Shown here piece after piece: positions 49,025 through 61,735 of a DNA stretch of 64,000 nt. The stretch is taken from contig CM059432.1 of the NCBI GenBank assembly GCA_030390025.1, forward strand, positions 58,778,001-58,842,000, given 5' to 3'. Positions within the stretch are counted from its first letter, which is position 1. Every line of letters begins with the position of its first letter. The notes under the pieces were generated by a model. It made no database searches and had not been told where the DNA came from. It saw nothing but the letters and a program-made list of their open reading frames with translations. A program made the position numbers and the translations under genes. Source of the DNA: Squalus acanthias (Eukaryota).

Positions 49025-49511
49025 GTGAGTTTACAAGATTTGTTTGTCAATTCTGCAAGTAGGAAAGGCGTGTGCAGCCTTAAAATGAGGTTTAATGTGT
49101 TGCTTTCTTCTCTATTAAAAGTTTAAAAAGCAAAATGTTTTAACACAATCATCAATCATGCTATAAATGCTTGATTACATTTTGATTATAGTCTGATCTA
49201 TTTTTGTGACTGAACTGCATCTAACTGAAGTTTTGTGTATACATTAAGTTAGGACATATAAAATACAAGAACAATGTTAAAGGAAATACATTAGGGATGA
49301 TTTAATATTATACTGCTGTTTATCTAATGTATTGCTGCAATCTCAAACATATGTATCCTACATTTATGTATTAGGGCTGATTTTGCTAAATTATGGTTCC
49401 TTTGGGGAGTCTTGCCTGCCAGGAGTGCATATCGGGAACTGAGGCACAAGTGTCCAAATCCCTGATATCCGCTCCTGGTGGGGGAAGTTCCCTCCAGAAT
49501 ACAATTTCATA

Positions 49512-50266
49512 GGCCTGGAATTTGTGGTGGGTAATAACGTTCGCTGTTATTACCCTTTTTGAAACTGCCTGCAACTTCAGGATTTAGCACATGGGAATCC
49601 TAACGCGGAAATCCTGAAGTTGAGGTCAGTCTTTCACTGCTCCGACACTGGCTGTACTGTTACTACCCGCCCCCATAGCCAGTAATCGGGGAAATCGGTG
49701 AAACTGACACACTTCAGCTTTATGTGGTAATATCGCTGCTAAATACCCCAATAAAAGTTAGACCTTGTTGGACTAGGTGTAACTGGGGTTTTAACAGCGT
49801 ATTGACTGCTAACCAAACGTTATGGTCCTGTAAAACTAATTTTAATTTTGTGGAGTGTCAAATTTATCCATTTTAATAAAATTTACAATTTTAAGCAACC
49901 TTAGAAAAAATTGTTTAAAATTTTTTTTAATAAGTTTGTTCATCTTTATTTCAGGTTTGCCTTTCCCCCATGTGAGAGCCCCAATCTCTGTTTTGCTCTT
50001 GCAAATTTTTTTAAAAGTTACAATAAAAGGAGCTTATTCACTTCCTGGTTCCCGGTCTGAGAGAATTCTACATTGTAATTGGCTGCTTAGACTGCTTGTT
50101 GACGTCACAGCAGCTTGCGTTAGGGATTCCCCATTAACTTACACTGATCTCAACTGAATGTCGGAAAAGCTGAACTTCTCGCCACAGAGATTGTGATCTT
50201 TGTGAGAAGCTTACTTCAGGGCCAGCAGCGTGCGCCTTTGCTTCGTCACTGACCACATTATGGGCC
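49512..50266 (+). mobile_element. Harbinger-type MITE nested in a short palindromic element (49374-50279)
   Basis: Termini GGCCTGGAATTT and ATTATGGGCC, TSD ATA; outer termini GGGCTGATTTT and AAAATTGTCCC. Confidence 0.7.
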
Positions 50267-50793
50267 ATAAAATTGTCCCTCCTTGGTGAAGCATGATATT
50301 CTGGCTTCTCACAATATTTTGAGCTAACAAATGTTGAAATCTAAAATTTGAGTGATTCAGTATCATTTTGTAGTTTTCGCTTCCCATAGTTTATCCTACA
50401 GTTACTTAAACCCATTATAAATGATAAGAACATAATGAACTGTAGTGATTTATTTGTTAAAAGTTCAGTATCAATATTCTGCATATTTCAAGCCAGTGGG
50501 CTTTTTTCTGTTAAAGCATGTGTATAACTGTCTTTCAGCAGTATTTAAAAAAAAAAGTAGTGTAACATCAAGCTTATCTAGTTCAGAATCTGCACTAACA
50601 GTATGTGAGACCTTGTGTTATCCAAAGTGCCTGGTTCAGTAAACTTTAAATTGTTTTCTGCTCCTTTTGTTTTAAACAGTATTGTCTCTTTAATTTACTT
50701 CACTTGCATGAAAATGCTTTCATCTGTGTCTCTGTATTGCATATGAAATACAGTTGCTTCTTTCTGAACTTGTTGACAAATCTAATATTCCAG

Positions 50794-50929
50794 GCTCAGC
50801 ATTCTCATCACGTGATTCAGCAGATTCTTCGACATCTGGATACTCACAACAAGGATTCTCCAAGGGTTCGAGCAGGCATTGTACAGGTCCTTTTAGAGAC
50901 TGTTGCTATAGCAGCAAAAGGTTCTATTG
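50794..50929 (+). CDS. EFR3A: EFR3A internal coding exon (AQHSHHVIQQILRHLDTHNKDSPRVRAGIVQVLLETVAIAAKGSI-G)
   Basis: Acceptor ttccag|GCT, donor G|gtaagc; 136 nt. Confidence 0.96.
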
Positions 50930-51080
50930 GTAAGCAGAACTGACATTAAGAAAAAATAAATGAACACTAGTGGAATAGACTTTGGCTGTATCCATTTCGT
51001 ACAGAGGATTCATTTTCTATGTTCATTTGTTGTTCACCACACGTAGTGTGGTCAGGTTTATGGCCTTAATTCCTCTCTTT

Positions 51081-51142
51081 CCTCCTCCTCCTCCTCCTCC
51101 TCCTCCTCCTCCTCCTCTCTTCCCCCCCCCCCCCCCCCCCCC
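51081..51142. repeat. (CCT)n microsatellite plus poly-C
   Basis: Read directly. Confidence 0.95.
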
Positions 51143-51891
51143 GGACATGACGCACTTCCTGATTTCAGCTGTAGCCCTGAGTGTAATGTAGAATGCAGGC
51201 CAATTGCCCCTGTGGAGAGGAGAGACAATTAGCAGTCAAATCACCTAGCAAGTAAGGAACCTTATTATCATTCATGGGCTCAACTTTAGCAGGTAACTCC
51301 ACAACTACAGCATTCTTCTGTGCTTGTCCTATGGAACATCTTTATAAAAAAAAAAAAAAAAAAAATCCCACCTGCTCCATTGTCCATTTTGCCCAGCTGT
51401 TTCTGTGCTTTCCCCAATGCCTCTCTTCACTGGATAACTGACATCTGTGCTAGAATTCAGCTTTGCTCCCTATTTTCATATAATTAAAGTTGAGGATTAC
51501 GATTATGCAGTTACCCCAGGCTCGATAAAGTGGCTCTATATTAGCTTTACCTTCAGTAGCATTCCTTTTACTTCCTTTGCCAGAGAGAAATCAAAGTAGT
51601 TTTACAAGCCCTGTAAACCATTTCTAAGTCTGTTGGTTCTGCAGTTCCTTTTTTTGGTAATGCTTATTAAAATCTAATTTTACAGCTTTTGATATTGCAA
51701 GTGTTATTGAGCCAAAACATTAGTTGCTGTTTGACTAATTTCAGACTGCTTGGTTATTACATGTATGGTCACTATTGAGTTACCTTTTCATTCCTCCTCT
51801 CTTTTCCCCCTTTTTAATTAAAAAAAACTTTTACACTGTTACCACCAAATATTCAAATGAGTACTAATTTTGAAAGTTTTTTTTTAAATAG

Positions 51892-52041
51892 GTCCAACTG
51901 TTTTGGAGGTGTTTAACACACTGTTGAAACACTTGCGCCTCAGTGTTGATTTTGAGTTGTCCAACGAACGTAATTCTACTGGTGCTTTAGTAACAAACAA
52001 CGATGAGAAAGTAGTTCAGGATACAATTATCCAGACTATTG
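51892..52041 (+). CDS. EFR3A: EFR3A internal coding exon (PTVLEVFNTLLKHLRLSVDFELSNERNSTGALVTNNDEKVVQDTIIQTI-G)
   Basis: Acceptor aaatag|GT, donor G|gtgagt; 150 nt, phase 1 at both ends. Confidence 0.96.
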
Positions 52042-52200
52042 GTGAGTACAGGATTCTGCAGTGTGAAATTTGTGTAAGTTATTTCAGATGACACTAATTT
52101 GGGCCACTGTTCTGTGTTAACTGTATAAATCAAAATGGACTACATTTAGTATGAAATCTAAGTCGTTCTAGTCGAGTGACTTTATACTAAAGCTCTCATA

Positions 52201-52545
52201 CAACAACAACTTATATTTATATAACGCCTTTAACGTAATAAAACCTAACGTCCCAAGGCGCTTGTACAATTTGGGTTGCTGCTAGCTAGGAGGCAGCGAC
52301 ACACGCCTTGGTGAGCCTTTTGAAGGATGCCAAGAGAGGCACAGAGGAAATTATTTAGGAGGGGGTCAAGCCTTGAGCGGCAGCATGAGAGTAAAAAGGA
52401 TGAAAAAGTGGAGAATAGCGGTTAGTGAGGGTAGAGTACATGACGGCGGAGAAAGAAAAGGAGGCATGAAGGCTGGGGGAGGGTAATGAAGCAAAAGGGA
52501 GAGATGGAAGTGATTGAACTCTGGTCCGGAGCGGCACATGAATTA
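52201..52545 (-). mobile_element. L2 3' tail and older L2-like fragment
   Basis: (CAA)n-ttatatttatataacgcctttaacgt..cccaaggcgct is the reverse complement of the L2 3' end at 44170-44236. Confidence 0.65.
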
Positions 52546-52577
52546 AGTTACATAAATGATAAATTATAAAGTCGTTC

Positions 52578-53308
52578 GAACTGCACTCTCCCGTCCTGTG
52601 ACAGTTTGAACTGGCACTCTCCACTCTCTGTCCTGTGACAGTTTGAACTGGCGCTCTCCACTCTCTGTCCTGTGACAGTTTGAACTGGTGCTCTCCACTC
52701 TGTCCTGTGACAGTTTGAACTGGCACTCTCCACTCTCTGTCCTGTGACAGTTTGAACTGGCGCTCTCCACTCTCTGTCCTGTGACAGTTTGAACTGGTGC
52801 TCTCCACTCTGTCCTGTGACAGTTTGAACTGGCGCTCTCCACTCTGTCCTGTGACAGTTTGAACTGGTGCTCTCCACTCTCTGTCCTGTGACAGTTTGAA
52901 CTGGCGCTCTCCACTCTCTATCCTGTGACAGTTTGAACTGGTGCTCTCCACTCTCTGTCCTGTGACAGTTTGAACTGATGCTCTCCACTCTCTGTCCTGT
53001 GACAGTTTGAACTGATGCTCTCCACTCTCTGTCCTGTGACTGTTTGAACTGGTGCTCTCCACTCTGTCCTGTGACAGTTTGAACTGGCGCTCTCCACTCT
53101 CTGTCCTGTGACAGTTTGACCTGACGTTCTCCACTCTCTGTCCTGTGACAGTTTGACCTGACGCTCTCCACTCTCCGTCCTGTGACAGTTTGAACTGGTG
53201 CTCTCCAATCTCTGTCCTGTGACTGTTTGAACTGGTGCTCTCCACTCTCTGTCCTGTGACAGTTTGAACTGGTGCTCTCCACTCTCTGTCCTGTGACTGT
53301 TTAAACTG
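52578..53308. repeat. Minisatellite, 37-bp unit with 35-bp variant, about 20 copies
   Basis: Unit CTCTCCACTCT(CT)GTCCTGTGACAGTTTGAACTGGYG in head-to-tail tandem. Confidence 0.97.
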
Positions 53309-53719
53309 CCGCTTTATGTAGGTTGTGAAGTTTCACCATGAAGACAAAGCTTTAGTGATCTATTAAATTCCAGGTTGCATCACCTTAATTTAAGTATAGT
53401 TTTATTTTGCAAAGATACTGATAACTAAAATAGAAATGCAGCTTTCTTGCTGTGTAGAATTGAGAGAAATTCTATGGTAGGTACTGAACATCTACTTTAT
53501 TTGTGCTATATGTTTTGAAAAATCATTTAGTAGTCCTGTCAGCTAATTAACTATATCTTTCATTTACTTAAATTTTAAACTATTTAAGTTTCTTAATTAT
53601 AACCACCGTGGTACTATTTCTAACTGGCTCCCTAGTTTTCCATCGCTTTTGCTGGGACTGCCGGTATGAGGTCACTCAACAAAAGTTCAACGCGCTCACC
53701 TGTACTCATAGCTGCACTA

Positions 53720-55150
53720 CAGGATTGGAAAGTGGCAAATATGACGCCATTGTTCAAGAAAGGGTGTAAGGACAATCCTAGTAACTACAGGCCGGTCAGT
53801 TTAACATCAGTGGTGGATAAAGTTTTAGAAACAATAATCAAGGAAAAAATTAACGGGCACTTGGAGAGGTTTAAGCTAATTAAGGAGAGCCAACACGGAT
53901 TTGTAAAAGGCAGATGGTGTTTGACTAATCTAATTGAATTTTTTGATGAAGTAACAGGGAGGATTAATGAAGGGAATGCAGTGGATGTTGTCTACATGGA
54001 CTTTAGGAAGGCGTTTGACAAAGTACCACATAGAAGGCTGGTTAACAAAATTGAGGCTCATGGAATAGGTGGGTCAGTGGCAGCTTGGATAAGGAATTGG
54101 CTTAAGGACAGAAAACAGTGAGTTGTGGTAAATGGCTGTTTTTCAGACTGGAGGATGGTAGACAGTGGTGTTCCCCAAGGGTTAGTGCTGGGGCCACTGC
54201 TTTTTTGATATATATAAATGACCTGGATATTGGAATACAGAGTAGAATTTCTAAATTTGCCGATGACACCAAACTTGGTGTGGCGAACAGTGAGGATGAT
54301 ACCAATCGACTGCAACAGGACATAGAAAGGCTAGCAGAATGGGCAGACAAGTGGCAGATGGAATTTAATACAGAGAAGTGTGAGGTGATGCATTTTGGCA
54401 GAAGGAACAGGGAGAGGCAATATACACTTAATATCACAGTTTAAAGAGTGTGCAGAGACCGAGGGACCTGGGAGTTATTGTGCATAGGTCCCTGAAGGTG
54501 GCAGGACATATTGAGAGTGGGATATGGGATCTTGGGCTTCATTAAATAGAGGTATTGTGTACAAAAGTAGAGAAGTTATGCTGAACCTTTATAAAGCGCT
54601 GGTTAGGCCACAACTGGAGTATTGCATCCAGTTCTGGTCACCACACTTTAGGAAGGATGTGAAGGCCCTTGAGAGGGTGCAGAGGAGATTTACCAGAATG
54701 GTTCCAGGGATGGGGGATCTTAGCTACAAGGACAGGTTGGAGAAGCTGGATTTGTTTTCATTAGAGTAAAGGAGGTTGCGGGGTGATTTGATAGAGGTGT
54801 ACAAGATTGAGAGGTTTGGATAGGCTAGACGGGGAAAGGCTGTTCCCACTAGTTGATGGTACAAGGACTAGGACACAGATTTAAAGTTTTGGGCAAGAGG
54901 TACAGTGGGGATGTGAGGAAAAACATTTTTACGCAGCGAGTGGTGAGGGCCTGGAACTCGCTGCCGATGGAAGTGGTGGAAGCGGAGACACTCAATGTTT
55001 TCAAGGGGAGACTGGATAGGCACTTGAGGGAATAAACTTGCAGGGCTACGGGGATAGAGCGGGGGAATGGGACTGACTGGATTGCTCTACAGAGAGCCAG
55101 CATGGACTCGATGGGCTGAATGGCCTCCTCTTGTGCCTCTATGACTGTAT
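53720..55150 (+). mobile_element. 5'-truncated CR1
   Basis: DWKVANMTPLFKKG..NYRPVSLT, YINDLD..FADDTKL, with stops and frameshifts; 3' UTR. Confidence 0.95.
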
Positions 55151-55674
55151 GATTAGTGAGTTTCTTGGTGCTTGCTGTGAACAAATTATAAGAATTGAGA
55201 ACAGGGCAAACTTTATGATGCTGAGGCAGCTGATGTGTGGGGTTAACTCCCACAAGATCCAAATTTATTACATATGGCATTTACTAGCCATTTGTGAGAA
55301 ACCATTCAGTATTAACACTCATTTAGGATATTGGTACTGGTGTGCTGTAGAAAAAATTGCACTAATCAAAAACACTTCAGTGCTGTGTCAAGTCTGTCAC
55401 TTACAGTGTAGCAGTGGTGATAGTGGCTTCTTGCCTGATGCTTTTAATTCATCACCTCAAATTACTCTTCGTCACCACGACTACCACCACCACCCCAGTG
55501 ACACACTGTTGCTTTATGCTAGTATTGCATGACTGATTTGCCTGGGATTAACAAGATAATCAGGGCTGTATAAAGGTGTGTGTTACTTCCAATGTAATAG
55601 TTTGAGGAGCATGCGAGATAAGACCAGACCAGACCAAACTGGTGGTGCCTTCTATTTTTCTGTTTGGAAGCATA

Positions 55675-56435
55675 TTGGGGAAATGTGAGGGTTGTTGATT
55701 TTGGTAGGAAGAATAGAAAAACACTTTTTTTAAATGGTGAGAAACTATTAAATGTTGGAGTTCAGAGAGATTTAGGTGTCCTCGTACAGGAAACAGTTAG
55801 CATGCAGGTACAGCAAGCAATTAGGAAGGCAAATGGCATGTTGGTCTTTATTGCAAGTAGGTTGGAGTACAAGAGTAAGGAAGTCTTGCTACAATTGTAC
55901 AGGGCTTTGGTGAGACCACACCTGGAGTACTGTGCACAGTTTTGGTCTCCTTATCTTGCCGTAGTAATGAAGGTTCACTAGATTGATCCCTGGGATGAGA
56001 GTTGCCCTATGCGGAGAGATTGAGTAGATTGGGCCTATACTCTCTGGAGTTTAGAAGAATGAAAGGTGATCTCATTGAAACATAAGATTCTGAAGGGGAT
56101 TGACAGGGTAGATTGCAGAGGTTGTTTTCCCTGGCCGGAGTGTCTAGAACTAGGGGGTATAGTCTCAGGATAAGGGGTAGGCCATTTAAGACTGAGATGA
56201 GGAGGAATTTCTTCACTGAGTTGTGAATCTTTGGAATTCTCTACCCCAGAGGGCTGTGGATGCTCAGTAATTGAGTATATTCAAGGCTGAGATAGACAGA
56301 TTTTTGGAATCAAGGGATATGGGATCAGGTAGGAAAGTGGAGATGAGGTTGAAGATCAGCCATGATCTTATTGAATGGCGGAACAGACTCGAAGGGCCGT
56401 ATGGCCTACTCCTGCTCCTAATTCTTATGTTCTTC
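55675..56435 (+). mobile_element. CR1 3' fragment, same subfamily as 1141-1983
   Basis: Shares aggaaacagttagcat and the 3' UTR. Confidence 0.93.
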
Positions 56436-57189
56436 TAACTCCAGACTCTGATGGTGAAACCACAAACCGTTGCTGATGAGTAACTTCAAACTTGTGTAGC
56501 AATGAAGTAAATTGGTTAAAAAACAACTTTAAACATAAATTCCCAGATTTTTTTTTTCTGGTTGGCCACTTGTAAATATCAATCCTGTCCTGAAATCAAA
56601 ACATGGGCCAGGAATGGTCTTGGGGCTGCTTCTGCTCTGCTGACGGAACTTCACCAGAATGAGGCAAGAAACACATTTGCACCAAACGTCCGGTGAAGTG
56701 ATAGCAGCGGAGCGGGAGCAGTGACAAGGAAGTACCCAGCCTTGAATTCTCCCTGGTTTTCTTGCTGGAAGTCTTGTCCTGAGATAGTGTGCATCTTAAG
56801 ATTCAGTTTCCAGTCAAATTCTTTCAATACGTGTATCATCTTGAAGATTTCATGCAAGGTCAAACTTGTGCAGCAGTGAGAGTTGGAACTCATTTTACGG
56901 ACTGGTTCCCGGTCAACAATGATATCAAGCGGAGCTAAATATTTTCTCTTCTGTTAACCTAATGTTTGCTCGATCTTGGGTTTGCCCTGTATATGATGCT
57001 CTTCTCTTTCCCCACCCTGCCCCGCGCTATCCTATGCCTTGAACATGAGCAAAAATAAATATTGTCCAGTTTACATCTCATTTTAATTCCATAATTTTTT
57101 TCCCACCAGTTATTTGAAAATTCCTTAATTTATTATGGGTTATTTTGAGAAACTATTTAATAAACTTGAAGTGTAAGGCAAGTTACATT

Positions 57190-57869
57190 GGCCCAAAAAT
57201 TGCTGTGGCAAGCCAATGAATGCCGCCCGCTGTTAGTTCGACTTGCCTGTATAATGTCGACGATTTTTGCCCTGCAAGATGTTGGAACTGAGATGGCAAT
57301 GGTGCAGCGAGGGAAACCGGGCATCTGGGATCTGAGTGAACAGGGCAAGCAACTCTCTTATTATTTAATCGGATTGAAGCATTGTGAAATTAACAGCACA
57401 AAGACTGAAGGAAGTATAATTTAGAATGTTGAATTCAGTGTCAAATCTGGTACAGAAAGAGAAGTAAAGAAAGATTGGATTAAGGGAGAAAGTTTTTTTT
57501 TAATTGCCAATAACAATTAAAACCTGAAGGAATGAGACTCCACACTTGTAATAGTTGATTTTCAGTGCCAGAGAGGTTGACTGGCAGTAATTAACACTTA
57601 TCACGTTGATAAAAGGGTACTTAGACTTGAAATGACTTAACTTTCTGTGGTGAGTTTACTTCGTAACTACTATGCAGGTTCAGGAACTACACATCGCTCA
57701 AAGCATTTGAATGGGGCGCCAGACAACGAGATGCCGTTTTTGCAAAGCCCATCTCCAACAGCAACTTTTCAACTTCTACGTTTAATCACGCATCTGCCCT
57801 CTCCTGAAGTTGCTGTGACATTTGTGCATAAATAATGGCGCACGCTATTTTGACAGCAAATTTTGGCCC
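57190..57869 (-). mobile_element. Harbinger-type MITE family B
   Basis: TIRs GGCCCAAAAATTGCTG and GGGCCAAAATTTGCTG, flanks ATT and ATG. Confidence 0.8.
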
Positions 57870-58529
57870 ATGGTACTTGACTTAATGCAGTAATAGATCA
57901 GTTGCTTCGTAAAGACCTTTTATTCTTGCCCCTGATGTTGTTCTGTTTTTGGCACTTAAAAGATAGAACCTGAAAAATACCCCTAGGAAACTGGGTTTTT
58001 AAATGAGCAATAAATACCAAATTATTGATCCTAACAGCATAATTTATCTTTCAATTAAGATTAAAAAAGACTGTCCTTTCTACCCTTTAACCCCCTCAAG
58101 TATATACATTTTTTTACATGATCCTGCTGATTTGGAAGTTCTGTGGATCATCTGTTCTGTTTCAACCTTTTGTTCCTGAAACTGTAGAATAAAAGATCTG
58201 TTGCTTAAAATGCTGACTGTGATGCTGTGAAATTTTCAAAAGCAGAACAAAATGTATTAAGCTGGTTTTAGGGTAGATAACTACTGTGAAGGATATATGA
58301 AGTAGCAGTAACTTTCAGTCCTGCTGTGTGCCAGAGAATGGTGTTATAAAAATATTCTCTGTGATTCAGTTGTTGCCCTAGTGATGCTGCTTCTCCAGCT
58401 CTGGTTTCCCAGAAAGGCCCCCATAAAGAAAACTGTGTAATGCCAGAAGCTCCTTAAGAATTCAGAATGTTCCACTGCAACTACAAGCACTTTGAAACCA
58501 TCTTAACTAGCAAAAGAAAAACACCAATT

Positions 58530-58818
58530 GCCCGGATTTTGCGGCAGAAATAACGGTGAGGCTATCATCGCTCACCGTTATTAAGGAGTAAATCGGACGA
58601 CAACAACAACAACTTTTATTTATATAGTGCCTTTAACGTAGTAAAACGCCCCAAGGCACTTCACAGGAGCATTATAAAACAAAATTTGACACCAAGCCAC
58701 ATAAGGAGAAATTAGGGTAGATGATCATAGATGTAGGTTTTAAGCAGCATCTTGAAGGAGGACAGAGAGGTACAGAGGCGGAGAGATTTAGAGGGGGAAT
58801 TCCAGAGCTTAGGGCAAC
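58530..58818. mobile_element. MITE left arm (58530-58600) cut by a minus-strand L2 3' end (58600-58818)
   Basis: GCCCGGATTTTGC terminus with ataacggtgag..ctcaccgttat hairpin, then (CAA)n L2 tail. Confidence 0.7.
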
Positions 58819-58819
58819 C

Positions 58820-60317
58820 TCGGCTCCATCATTTTCTAATCCTCTCTGGCTACAGGTGTGGTGCCAGAGGACTGGAGTGGTATCGTTGTTTAAAAAGGGA
58901 GAAAAGGATAGACCGAGTAATTACACGCCAGTCAGCCTAACCTTGGTGGTGGGAAAATTGTTGGAAAAAATTCTGAGGGACAGGATAAATCTTCATTTAG
59001 AAAGTAATGGATTAATCAGGGACAGTCAGCATGGATTTAAGGGAAGGTCGTGTCTGACTAACTTGATTGAATTTTTTGAGGAGGTAACAAGGAGGGTTGA
59101 TGAGGGTAGTGCGTTTGATGTAGTCTGTATGGATTTTAGCAAGGCTTTTGATAAGGTCCCAATGGCAAACTGGTCACGAAAGTAAAAGCCCATGGGATCC
59201 AAGGCAAAGTGGCAAGTTGGATCCAAAATTGAGGTAGGAAACAAAGGGTAATAGTCGAAGGGTGATTTTGTGACTGGAAGGCTGTTTCCAGTGGGGTTCC
59301 GCAGGGCTCAGTACTGGGTCCTTTGCTTTTTGTGGTATATAAAAATGATTTGGACTTGAATATAGGAAGTATGATTAAGAAGTTTGCAGATGATTACAAA
59401 AATTGGCCATGTAGTTGATGAAGAAAGCTGTAGACTGCAGGAAGATATCAATGGACTGGTCAGGTGGGCAGAACAGTGGCAAATGGAATTCAATCTGGAG
59501 AAGTGTGAGGTAATGCATTTGGGGAGGGCTAACAAGGCAAGGGGTTACACTATGAATGGTAAGACACTGAGAAGTGCAGAAGATCAGAGGGACCTTGATC
59601 CAGAATGTTGACCCAGCGATGGTGAAGGAATAGTGATATATGTGCAAGTCAGGATGATGTGATTTGGAGGTGATGGTGTTCCCACGACATTGCTGCTCTT
59701 CTTGGCCGAGGCATAGAATATAAGAGCAGGGAGGTTATGATGGAGCTGTACAAAACACTAGTTAGGCCACAGCTGGAATACTGTGTGCAGTTCTGGTCGC
59801 CACACTATAGAAGGATGTGATTGCATTGGAGAGGGTGCAGAGGAAATTCACCAGGATGTTACCTGGGCTGGAGCGCTTCAGCTATGAAGAGAGACTGGAC
59901 AGGCTGGGGTTGTTTTCCTTAGAGCAGAGCAGGCTGAAGGGGGACCTGATTGAGGTGTACAAAATTATGAGGGGCATAGATAGAGTAGATAGAAAGGAAC
60001 TTTTCCCCTTAGTAGAGGGGTCAATAACTAGGGGGCATAGTTTCAAGGTAAGGGGCAGGAGGTTTAGAGCGGATTTGAGGAAAAACTTTTTCACCCAGAG
60101 GGTGGTTGGAATCTGGAACTCACTGCCTGAAAGGGTGGTAGAGGCAGGAACCCTCAACATTCAAGAAGCATTTAGATGAGCACTTGAAATGCCATAGCAT
60201 ACAAGGCTACGGACCAAGTGCTGGAAAATGGGATTAGAATAGACAGGGCTTGATGGCTGGCGCGGACACGATGGGCCGAAGGGCCTCTTTCTGTGCTGTA
60301 TAACTATGACTATGACT
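58820..60317 (+). mobile_element. 5'-truncated CR1 with a foreign LINE patch at 59598-59702
   Basis: RT motifs nearly identical to 30330-31820; tail (TATGAC)n. Confidence 0.93.
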
Positions 60318-60736
60318 AAAGGTTGCAGAGGAGGAAGGTGCTTGGTAAATTTCATCAGGCAGCTATCTATTAACCAATCTGTCCTCCTGAAGTTGCTTGC
60401 AGTCCTTTTCAGAGCTAACCACATCCTCAATTTTGTGCCAACTGTAAATTAGATATTGTACCCCCCATACTCAAGTCCAGATCACTTACGTATATTTATA
60501 TTAAGAGCAATCCAGTCCCAAACCTAAAGCATTTAATGTTATTTGAATTAAAGGTGTGTTTGACACCTAAAAAGTTAAACTAAAATAGCCTTTTCTGTCT
60601 TGTCTAAACTTCCATTTGTGTTACTGTTGTGGTGGTGCATAAGTTTTTTGTTATTGTATAGCCTGGTAACTGATTTAGTCTTTGTGCATTATTGAATATG
60701 AAAACCGCTGAACTTGTGTACTTTGTTTTATTTTAG

Positions 60737-60851
60737 GCTTTTTTGGGAGCAACCTTCCAGATTATCAAAGATCTGAAATCATTATGTTTATTATGGGGAA
60801 GGTGCCCACTTTTGATGCTGGGTCACATTCACTGGACTCTAGCCACTCTGG
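60737..60851 (+). CDS. EFR3A: EFR3A internal coding exon (FFGSNLPDYQRSEIIMFIMGKVPTFDAGSHSLDSSHS-G)
   Basis: Acceptor ttttag|GC, donor GG|gtacgt; 115 nt; GFFGSNLPDYQRSEI is EFR3A rather than EFR3B. Confidence 0.96.
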
Positions 60852-61653
60852 GTACGTATTGATTGCTATGATAGCAGAAGAAACTAATATGAAATTCAAA
60901 TTTATACTTTTCATTAATAAATAGGAAAAAATTTGCTTTAAATGTACTGCTGTATACCCCTTGTGTTACTTTGTGTTTTAGACCAATGCCAACTGCTACT
61001 AAAATGCCCATAATTAGGCATAATTTGTCAATCTTGCTTAGAGAAGCCATAAATTTGGCTGATTTGGGAAATAGGAAAATTCATAGGGTGGGTGGGGCGG
61101 TGGCGGGGGTGCTCTTGAGGTTGGAGCAGAGTAGGGGGAGCCTCACTCTTCTGTCTGGGGTCTGAAGTACATGACCTAGAAGTGCTTGGTGCTGATGCTG
61201 GATGCCCCAAAATAGAAAAGTGATCCAATTCCCAGCACTGACGTCCTTGCCTTGAGTGGAAAAAAAATTACTTAAATACAAGGCTGAGAATGCTTCCGTG
61301 AGTCACCTTTTTCCCCAAATATTTTAGAACAATAGTTATCTTAAATCGTGCAATCTAGCCTCTAACTTCTAGCCCAGAACATCAGAAGCAATATGGTTCC
61401 AGGACACTGGTTTGGAGGCATTGTTTCCAGACTCTTAATCTGAAACTTTATATCTTTTAAAACATACGGCCCAATATTATGCCAAGTATGTTATCTGCAT
61501 TATGTTTGTATGTACGAAGTAAGTATTGGATCAAATACCGAACTTTGTAAAAAGTAACATGCTGAAATTTATGCAGCATGAGTTGTTACTGTACAAGTAA
61601 GATGGTTTTTTGAGATTTTAAAAATAGCACAGCTGTACATGTAGTACGTACTA

Positions 61654-61735
61654 GGGTATGGTAGTGTAGTGGTTAGGTTACTGGACTAATAATCCAGAGG
61701 TTTGAAATCCAGAGCACAGTAGTTCAGATCCCACT
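61654..61735 (+). mobile_element. tRNA-derived SINE head, truncated
   Basis: A-box TAGTGTAGTGG and B-box AGTTCAGATCC; no complete cloverleaf. Confidence 0.6.

Noticed and set aside
52355..53282. 296-aa and 244-aa repetitive ORFs as a novel protein, or the array as CRISPR-like
   Set aside because: They are translations of a head-to-tail minisatellite; there are no unique spacers and no cas genes, and the context is a vertebrate intron.
56440..56500. Additional hammerhead motif (CTGATGAG)
   Set aside because: No GAAA box following a stem II.
61654..61735. tRNA gene
   Set aside because: A/B boxes are present but there is no acceptor stem or complete cloverleaf; SINE head.
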